A DNA stretch of 30,874 nt, from the IMG/VR virus record IMGVR_UViG_3300045988_027766, positions 1 through 30,874 of that record; one strand, written 5' to 3'. The notes beneath the pieces are model-generated. The model did no database searches. It saw only the letters and a list, made by a program, of their open reading frames with translations, and was not told the DNA's origin. The position numbers and the translations under genes are program-made. Each line of letters opens with the position of its first letter. The first letter of the stretch is position 1. The DNA comes from a virus. Positions 24,001-29,321 of the stretch are shown one piece after another.

Positions 24001-24045
24001 AGCCTTAAGAGCTGAAAAATTTAAGTGCTTTTTCAGGTTAAGGCT
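24001..24045. other. long imperfect hairpin with AT-rich centre
   Basis: agccttaa-gag-ctgaaaaa-tttaagtgc-tttttcag-g-ttaaggct (7-8 bp + 8 bp stems). Confidence 0.6.
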
Positions 24046-24304
24046 GATGACTGTTTCCGTCGGTCGGTCGGTCGTACGGCGTCGGTCATAAGAGTGATGC
24101 ATTACTGTCACTGGTGCGGCATACCCCAACAGATCGCGCTACATCTTTTTGCTTTGGATGTGATGGTGTCGGCACCCCGGTTATTCCACCATCGTCTGAA
24201 GGGTCGGTTGAACTAGCACCTCTAACGTGTGTATCGGCGAGTGTGAGTCGCCGCCCCGTTCTCCGAGCTTGGGGTATTGCTAGGAAGTTGTTGTGCCTCC
24301 GCAC

Positions 24305-24336
24305 CCAAGTATGTGATATACTTGGCCTTGTTTTTT
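24305..24336 (+). terminator. + strand hairpin plus T6 (first of two tandem terminators in the ORF-free region)
   Basis: ccaagtat-gtgat-atacttgg, then ccttg tttttt. Confidence 0.45.
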
Positions 24337-24343
24337 GCTATAA

Positions 24344-24384
24344 CCCCATCATAGCACACTCCGGCTGTGATGGGGATTTTTTTA
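24344..24384 (+). terminator. + strand rho-independent terminator (second of tandem pair)
   Basis: ccccatca - 16-nt loop - tgatgggg, followed directly by attttttta. Confidence 0.65.
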
Positions 24385-24678
24385 TGCCATCAACGTATCC
24401 ACGGCATTCCTCTCCCGCGCTTTTCACCGCACATGCCTCCAGAACGCACGTAAAGGCCCCCCAAACCGATTTACACGCAAAACCCGATAACTCGTCAGGA
24501 CTCACCCACGATAGCCCGTCAGAAAAGCCTTTACGCACGAAAACGACGTTCCAGCCCAAACAAGCACCGAAAAGCATCGAGAACGCCAAACCGTAAGAGA
24601 ACCACCCAAGCCAAGCACAGGCCGACTCTCCTCCATGCCCTAACCAGATCGAACATCGAGACCAAGGCACGAAGTGCA

Positions 24679-24711
24679 GCATCGAGACCAAGCCCGTATC
24701 CTCCTCGATGC
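24679..24711. repeat. 33-bp hairpin element, copy A (identical to 25094..25126)
   Basis: gcatcgagaccaagcccgtatcctcctcgatgc. The terminal 8 nt are inverted complements. Confidence 0.9.
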
Positions 24712-24751
24712 CCAGAGCCATGGAAGAAGCATGGAAGACATCAGGTCGGAT

Positions 24752-24843
24752 CCCATGGCTCCATGCCTCAGCCACCGAAGACATCGAGGCTAGGCTCCGA
24801 TCGGTCAGGACTCCCGATCCCCTTGGGTTGGGATTGGTTCCCC
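24752..24843. repeat. 92-bp perfect direct repeat, copy A (identical to 25140..25231)
   Basis: cccatggctccatgcctcagccaccgaagacatcgaggctaggctccgatcggtcaggactcccgatccccttgggttgggattggttcccc, read identically at both sites. Confidence 0.9.
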
Positions 24844-24889
24844 TCCGGGACACCGAGGCGCGCAAGCGCCCTTACTTGTTTAGGGGAGT

Positions 24890-24926
24890 GTTTACAACTG
24901 CCGGTTACAACTGGGGTTACATCTGG
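24890..24926. repeat. three tandem ~12-bp repeats GTTACAWCTGG
   Basis: gtttacaactg cc ggttacaactgg ggttacatctgg. Confidence 0.8.
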
Positions 24927-24942
24927 TATAGGTTCGCGTTTC

Positions 24943-25005
24943 CACCCAAATTCATTTTAATCTTCACCCAAATTCATTTTAATCTTCACCCAAATTCATT
25001 TGGGT
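24943..25005. repeat. 22-bp tandem iteron-like repeats x2.7, last copy forming a palindrome
   Basis: cacccaaattcattttaatctt occurs twice, then cacccaaattcatttgggt (acccaaat/atttgggt arms). Confidence 0.9.
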
Positions 25006-25093
25006 TTATTCTCAAATGGATTTCAGTCCTACCTCAAAGGGGTGTGGGCGTCTGGGCCGCGGAATTCCAACGAAAAATGCCTATCCATGTCGA

Positions 25094-25126
25094 GCATCGA
25101 GACCAAGCCCGTATCCTCCTCGATGC
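25094..25126. repeat. 33-bp hairpin element, copy B
   Basis: Identical to 24679..24711. Confidence 0.9.
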
Positions 25127-25139
25127 TTCCGAGCTTCTC

Positions 25140-25231
25140 CCCATGGCTCCATGCCTCAGCCACCGAAGACATCGAGGCTAGGCTCCGATCGGTCAGGACT
25201 CCCGATCCCCTTGGGTTGGGATTGGTTCCCC
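25140..25231. repeat. 92-bp perfect direct repeat, copy B
   Basis: Identical to 24752..24843. Confidence 0.9.
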
Positions 25232-25275
25232 ACGGACACGCACGCGGCTCCCTGCGGGAGCCGTATATGTGTAGT

Positions 25276-25316
25276 GGAAGGGTTATCTAATAGAAGGGTT
25301 ATCTAGTAGAAGGGTC
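25276..25316. repeat. 16-bp tandem repeats AGAAGGGTTATCTAR x2.5
   Basis: ggaagggttatctaat agaagggttatctagt agaagggtc. Confidence 0.85.
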
Positions 25317-25321
25317 TTTGC

Positions 25322-25339
25322 TTGATACCCAGGTATCAA
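25322..25339. repeat. perfect palindrome TTGATACC-ca-GGTATCAA
   Basis: 8-bp arms with a 2-nt spacer. Further ATACC/ATAC half-sites follow. Confidence 0.85.
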
Positions 25340-25401
25340 AGGGGTCAATACCTAGATACTGAAGGTAATCGGTTTATTCCGCCTTTCATCGCGTCTGGGT
25401 T

Positions 25402-25460
25402 GACTGAACAAACAAGGCCCCGGCCAGTCCGGGAATCTCTTCCCAAACCCAACCGGGGCC
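25402..25460 (-). terminator. terminator of the 26589->25479 operon
   Basis: Minus strand reads ggccccgg - 29 nt - ccggggcc, followed by ttgtttgtt. Confidence 0.5.
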
Positions 25461-25478
25461 ATGCCTATTCCTAAGCCG

Positions 25479-25820
25479 TCACGTCTCCCTGACGCTCATG
25501 CCATACCGTCGTGCGAAGAGCTTGCTCTTAAGCCGGTACACGTCCGTTCTCATGCCCTTGACGTCCTCGACGACCTCCTTGCCCGTCTCCTTGTCCACGT
25601 AGACGAAATCCGCTACGTAATAGACAGGCCGGTAATGTCTGCCATCCACGTCGAAGGCTGGCACGAGCTCATAACGCACCTGTCGGCGCAGACCTTCGAT
25701 GGATCCGTCCTCCTCCATGCCCTTCAGGACGAGATACCTGTCGGCCTCCTTCCGCGAGTCGAAGGTGATGCCATCGACAGTCGTCTTATGGGCGTGGTAT
25801 TTGCTCCGTCCGTTCCACAT
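25479..25820 (-). CDS. DUF1064 (putative Holliday-junction resolvase/endonuclease) protein
   Basis: 113 aa; KTTVDGITFDSRKEADRYLVL...YYVADFVYVD..GKEVVEDVKGMRTDVYRLKSKLF. Confidence 0.7.
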   Translation of the reverse strand: MWNGRSKYHAHKTTVDGITFDSRKEADRYLVLKGMEEDGSIEGLRRQVRYELVPAFDVDGRHYRPVYYVADFVYVDKETGKEVVEDVKGMRTDVYRLKSKLFARRYGMSVRET

Positions 25821-25823
25821 GGC

Positions 25824-26234
25824 TTACCGTCCGGTGCTTCCGAAACCGTTGTCGCCACGCTCCGTCGCATTGAACGAGGAAACCTGCTCCAACGGCTCAT
25901 AGACCACCGGGATCACGACCAGCTGGGTGACCTTGTCACCCGCCTCGAACCCGTAGTCATCACCGCCATGGTTGTAAAGCTTGACCACGATACTTCCCGT
26001 GTATTCCTCGTCGATGAGCCCGGTGCTCGTGATGTCGTGCCTGACGTTGAGTCCGCTCTTGCTGACGAGCAGTCCGGCGCACCCGGTCGGCAATGCCACA
26101 TGCACGCCCGTATCAACTATCGCGCTCCCGTACGCCGGCACCGTCACGGCCTTCGGCGTATGCAAGTCCAGTCCGGCATCGGTGCTGTGGCCTCGTGACG
26201 GCATGTATGCTCCGTCATCCAACATGATTTCCAT
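25824..26234 (-). CDS. dut: dUTP diphosphatase
   Basis: 136 aa; DAGLDLH, AGLLVSKSG, GLIDEEYTGSIVVKLYN and the C-terminal ERGDNGFGSTGR motifs. Confidence 0.9.
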   Translation of the reverse strand: MEIMLDDGAYMPSRGHSTDAGLDLHTPKAVTVPAYGSAIVDTGVHVALPTGCAGLLVSKSGLNVRHDITSTGLIDEEYTGSIVVKLYNHGGDDYGFEAGDKVTQLVVIPVVYEPLEQVSSFNATERGDNGFGSTGR

Positions 26235-26310
26235 GGTGTTCTCCTTGTGCTATCATTAGTGACGTCGGTAAGTTTTTTGGTTTCCCTTTCCGACTGCCTT
26301 TCATTGGATA

Positions 26311-26356
26311 AAATAATACCCACCCAGTTGACTGCCCGGGTGGGTATTATTTTTAG
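26311..26356. terminator. bidirectional hairpin terminator between the small membrane-protein gene and dut
   Basis: ataatacccaccc / gggtgggtattat forms a 13-bp stem, flanked by aaa... on one side and ttttag on the other. Confidence 0.6.
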
Positions 26357-26364
26357 TGCTTGCG

Positions 26365-26589
26365 TCAGTGCTTGCTGTAGCCGCCGCTCAGCATCTTGAC
26401 GAGCCAGTAGAAGAAGTAGATGCCGCCAGTGAGTAAGCTGTACACGCACACCTTGATGAATCCTGGGGCCTTCTTCTTGCCGCTGTCGTCAGGCTGGGCC
26501 GGCGTCACGTTGTTGATGATGATCGGCTGCGGGGCGGCCTGCGGCTGGACGTTCTCGTTGTTGTTGCCGTTGTTGTTCTGTTCACACAT
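26365..26589 (-). CDS. small membrane protein (N/Q/P-rich N-terminus, C-terminal TM)
   Basis: 74 aa with SD AAAGGA; ..KVCVYSLLTGGIYFFYWLVKML... Confidence 0.55.
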   Translation of the reverse strand: MCEQNNNGNNNENVQPQAAPQPIIINNVTPAQPDDSGKKKAPGFIKVCVYSLLTGGIYFFYWLVKMLSGGYSKH

Positions 26590-26646
26590 TTTCGGTGTCC
26601 TTTCTGTTCGAGTGGATTATGTTATCCAACGTTGTGTGATATCTAA

Positions 26647-26677
26647 ACTATAGCATGATGATCATACGACACGCCGA
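26647..26677 (-). promoter_or_regulatory. leftward early promoter: TCGGCGTGTC box - 15 nt - TGcTATAGT
   Basis: Minus strand reads ttcggcgtgtcgtatgatcatcaTGcTATAGTttag, about 55 nt upstream of ATG 26589. Confidence 0.55.
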
Positions 26678-26705
26678 ACGGACGACAAGCCACCGCACAC
26701 GCCGA

Positions 26706-26734
26706 TTGCAATCCAATGGAAACGACGCTATACT
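26706..26734 (+). promoter_or_regulatory. sigma70-type promoter TTGCAA-17-TATACT
   Basis: The hexamers and 17-nt spacer were counted directly. A box variant gcacacgccga abuts the -35. Confidence 0.6.
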
Positions 26735-26740
26735 GATGCT

Positions 26741-26822
26741 TACCTTCATTGTGTACTGTCTTACCTCAGACAAGTGCTCAACCGGTTTCTCCACCCCTTT
26801 CCTCCGGTTGAGCATTTTTTTA
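26741..26822 (+). ncRNA. candidate ~80-nt small RNA (or terminated leader) in the divergent control region
   Basis: It runs from the predicted start after TATACT to terminator 26776-26822. It contains two CTTACCT repeats and a C-rich loop TTTCTCCACCCCTTTCCT with CUCC motifs; CCUCC spans the loop-stem junction. Confidence 0.4.
26776..26822 (+). terminator. rho-independent terminator
   Basis: gctcaaccgg / ccggttgagc forms a 10-bp stem with an 18-nt loop, followed by attttttta. Confidence 0.7.
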
Positions 26823-26878
26823 TGCCCAAAACTCCGACTCACATCATTATCACCGGTAACGCACCGACGTGAAATAGG

Positions 26879-26907
26879 TTGTAAGAATACCTGACGCGTT
26901 ATATAAT
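26879..26907 (+). promoter_or_regulatory. rightward early promoter TTGTAA-17-TATAAT (leaderless)
   Basis: The spacer was counted as 17 nt. The -10 ends 7 nt before ATG 26915, and there is no SD. Confidence 0.7.
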
Positions 26908-26914
26908 AAGATGT

Positions 26915-27094
26915 ATGAACGCTAAAACATATACCGCAACAGTCCCCGAATACGCTTCCCGCTGGAAGCTCAACATTCAGACCGTCCGCCGCTTCATCCG
27001 CGAAGGACGACTCCACGCAGTCAAGGTCGGCAGATGCTACTTCCTCGACCCGGACGTGATCCCCGACAAGGACAACACCGAAGCCGACAAATAA
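26915..27094 (+). CDS. excisionase-family / MerR-like HTH (HTH_17) DNA-binding protein
   Basis: 59 aa, MNAKTYTATVPEYASRWKLNIQTVRRFIREGRLHAVKVGRCYFLDPDVIPDKDNTEADK. Below the track cutoff; the antisense 158-aa track ORF is rejected. Confidence 0.6.
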   Translation: MNAKTYTATVPEYASRWKLNIQTVRRFIREGRLHAVKVGRCYFLDPDVIPDKDNTEADK

Positions 27095-27178
27095 AACACA
27101 ACCCACCACACGAGGGGCCGGCAAACCACCGGCCCCTCAACAAATAATCCATAACCGATCAAGGAAAAGGAAACCAAA

Positions 27179-27985
27179 ATGAATACCGAAATCCAAACAT
27201 TCAACTTCAACAGCGCCCCAGTGCGCACCCTGACCGACGAGAACGGTGACCCGTGGTTCGTCACCAAAGACGTATGCAACATCCTTGGACTTAACAACGT
27301 AGGCCAAGCGTTGGCACGCCTCGACGACGACGAGAAGAGTTCCATCACTTTTAAAGATGGAACCCCCGGAAACCCAAACAAGGCAATTGTTTCTGAATCC
27401 GGCCTCTACTCTCTCACCCTCGCATCACGCAAACCGGAAGCCCACGAGTTCAAACGCTGGGTAACCCACGAGGTGCTGCCTCAGATCCGCAGAACTGGCG
27501 GATACATTCCCACCACAGCCGTGGACGATGACATGACCATCCTCGCGAAGGCCGTGCTCGTCGCACAGAAGACCATCGAACTCAAGAACCAACAGCTCCA
27601 AGCCAAAGACACGCAAATCAAGGAGCTGGAACCAAAAGCGCAAGCCCTTGACGCTTTTACCGACGTGGAAGACCGACTTCTCGTCCGCGACGCCGCCAAG
27701 ATCCTCTCCAACTCCGGCACCATCATCACCGAAAAGCAGTTGCGCGAATGGATGGCAGCCAACGACTGGATCTACAAGCACAATGGTTCGTGGCAAGCCA
27801 CCGCAAGACACTGCACGGCCGGCCACCTCGTAATGGTCATGTCCACAAAGCACGGCACCAAGCCCAACGGCACGAAATTCGCTTTCCCACCCACCGTACG
27901 AATCACCCGCAAAGGCCTGGCCCTGCTACACGCACGACTCGGCGAAACCCGCCTGAACGAAACGCTCGAAACAACCACCCACTAA
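27179..27985 (+). CDS. antirepressor, Bro-N + KilAC (ANT) domains, paralog 1
   Basis: 268 aa; FNFNSAPVRTLTDENGDPWFVTKDVCNILGL...FKRWVTHEVLPQIRRTGGY, then the C-terminal part ..LLVRDAAKILS..EKQLREWM. Confidence 0.8.
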   Translation: MNTEIQTFNFNSAPVRTLTDENGDPWFVTKDVCNILGLNNVGQALARLDDDEKSSITFKDGTPGNPNKAIVSESGLYSLTLASRKPEAHEFKRWVTHEVLPQIRRTGGYIPTTAVDDDMTILAKAVLVAQKTIELKNQQLQAKDTQIKELEPKAQALDAFTDVEDRLLVRDAAKILSNSGTIITEKQLREWMAANDWIYKHNGSWQATARHCTAGHLVMVMSTKHGTKPNGTKFAFPPTVRITRKGLALLHARLGETRLNETLETTTH

Positions 27986-28003
27986 CCAAAAGAAAAGGAA
28001 ACA
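27869..28003. repeat. 135-bp near-identical direct repeat, copy 1 (vs 28717..28851)
   Basis: It covers the last 39 codons and stop of the gene plus the following SD. I found 4 mismatches, clustered in ctgaacgaa vs ctaaccaaa. Confidence 0.85.
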
Positions 28004-28005
28004 AA

Positions 28006-28833
28006 ATGAACACCGAAATCCAACCATTCGAATTCGAAAACAACCAGGTCAGGGCACTGGCCGATGGCGACGAAGTAATGTTCGTCGCATCCGACATCGC
28101 CAAGATTCTCGGATACCGCGACGCGGCCAACCTCACACGCACCCTTGACGACGACGAAAAAGGTACTCATGAAGTGAGTACCCCCCGTGGTGGTATGCAA
28201 ACCATGACTGTCCTCGCCGAGTCCGGCCTTTACCGCGCAATCCTTAATCGTGAAATCGCCTACGTGAAAGAGCCGGAATCACAGGCATTCGTGAAGCGCT
28301 TCCAGCGTTGGGTCACCCATGAGGTGCTCCCATCCATCCGCAAGCATGGTATCTACGCTACCGAAACCACCATCGACCAGATCCTAACCGACCCGGATTT
28401 CGGCATCAGACTGCTCACCAACCTGAAAGAAGAACGAGCCAAACGAATCGAAGCCGAAAACCAAGTCAAGGAGCTGGAACCAAAAGCGAAAGCATTGGAT
28501 GACTTCACCGACGTGCCCGACACCCTACTAGTCAGGGACGCCGCGAAACTGCTCTCGAACGCCGGCACGCCCATCGGCGAGAAGGAACTGCGAGAATGGC
28601 TCAGCCAGCACGATTGGATCTACCGGCATGCCGGCACATGGTGGGCAGCCTCGGAACGCGTGAAAGCCGGACACCTGGTCATGGTAGAGTCAAGATCGTA
28701 CGGACAACATAGGGACGGCACGAAATTCGCTTTCCCACCCACCGTACGAATCACCCGCAAAGGCCTGGCCCTGCTACACGCACGACTCGGCGAAACCCGC
28801 CTAACCAAAACGCTCGAAACAACCACCCACTAA
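28006..28833 (+). CDS. antirepressor, Bro-N + KilAC (ANT) domains, paralog 2
   Basis: ATG 28006 follows AAAAGGAAAC (the track ORF starts at 27748). The 275-aa product has FEFENNQVRALADGDEVMFVASDIAKILGY...FQRWVTHEVLPSIRKHGIY. Confidence 0.8.
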   Translation: MNTEIQPFEFENNQVRALADGDEVMFVASDIAKILGYRDAANLTRTLDDDEKGTHEVSTPRGGMQTMTVLAESGLYRAILNREIAYVKEPESQAFVKRFQRWVTHEVLPSIRKHGIYATETTIDQILTDPDFGIRLLTNLKEERAKRIEAENQVKELEPKAKALDDFTDVPDTLLVRDAAKLLSNAGTPIGEKELREWLSQHDWIYRHAGTWWAASERVKAGHLVMVESRSYGQHRDGTKFAFPPTVRITRKGLALLHARLGETRLTKTLETTTH

Positions 28834-28851
28834 CCAAAAGAAAAGGAAACA
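28717..28851. repeat. 135-bp near-identical direct repeat, copy 2
   Basis: See 27869..28003. Confidence 0.85.
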
Positions 28852-28854
28852 CCA

Positions 28855-29310
28855 ATGAACGACCCACACATCATCCTCCCCTCAGCCCGACTCGTAGCTG
28901 ACCCGGAACAGAAGCAAACCAAGAACGGCACCCCATACCTCCTCATCCGCGTAGCCGCAAACGGCAGCCACAAAGACAAGCAGACCGGACAATGGGTCGA
29001 CCACGACACGATGTTCGCCACGATCTTCGAATACGACCAGCGTCTCGCCGCCACCTACATCCAGAACCTCCACAAAGGCACTCCAGTACGCGTCGAAGGC
29101 GACCTGAAATGGCAGGCCGGCACCGACCGCAACGGCCAACCCCGCACCGACTTCACCATCAACTACGCGACCATCAACCTAATCCTCAAGAAAGCCAAAA
29201 CCCAACAGTCCACACCACAGCAGCCGACACCGCAACAGCAGGCCGCCAACTGGGGCAACACCAACCAGCCCGACCCGTACGCACAGTTCCCCGCCGTCGA
29301 CGAATGGTGA
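28855..29310 (+). CDS. ssb: single-stranded DNA-binding protein
   Basis: 151 aa. OB-fold-like N-terminus (..ARLVADPEQKQTKNGTPYLLIRVAAN...LHKGTPVRVEGDLKWQ..), a Q/P-rich linker and a short acidic-aromatic tail ..FPAVDEW. Confidence 0.7.
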   Translation: MNDPHIILPSARLVADPEQKQTKNGTPYLLIRVAANGSHKDKQTGQWVDHDTMFATIFEYDQRLAATYIQNLHKGTPVRVEGDLKWQAGTDRNGQPRTDFTINYATINLILKKAKTQQSTPQQPTPQQQAANWGNTNQPDPYAQFPAVDEW

Positions 29311-29321
29311 AAGGAAACACG

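Noticed and set aside
24644-25126. The 33-bp hairpin element or the CATCGAG boxes as a CRISPR array.
   Set aside because: There are only two copies of the 33-mer, 415 bp apart. Spacing is irregular, and the flanking sequence is itself duplicated. This is not repeat-spacer architecture.
24752-25231. The 92-bp repeats as template/variable repeats of a diversity-generating retroelement.
   Set aside because: There is no reverse transcriptase in the genome. Neither copy lies in a credible ORF. The copies are identical rather than differing at adenines.
24114-25306. Track ORFs in the non-coding region: 24114..24596, 24338..24865(-), 24708..25181, 25000..25290 and 25016..25306.
   Set aside because: They run through intrinsic terminators, 22-bp tandem repeats and the perfectly duplicated 92-bp segment. 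They overlap each other in several frames, lack an SD, and have no protein-like features.
23784-25478. tRNA, tmRNA or a decayed integrase gene hidden in the non-coding region.
   Set aside because: No GTTCRANYC T-loop with a matching acceptor stem was seen. No recombinase-like peptide motifs appear in any frame. This was a by-eye scan only, so a covariance-model search is still advisable.
26648-27124. 158-aa minus-strand ORF and 79-aa + ORF (26655..26894) in the control region.
   Set aside because: The minus ORF is antisense to the well-supported HTH_17 gene and spans two promoters and a terminator. The + ORF crosses the 26776-26822 terminator.
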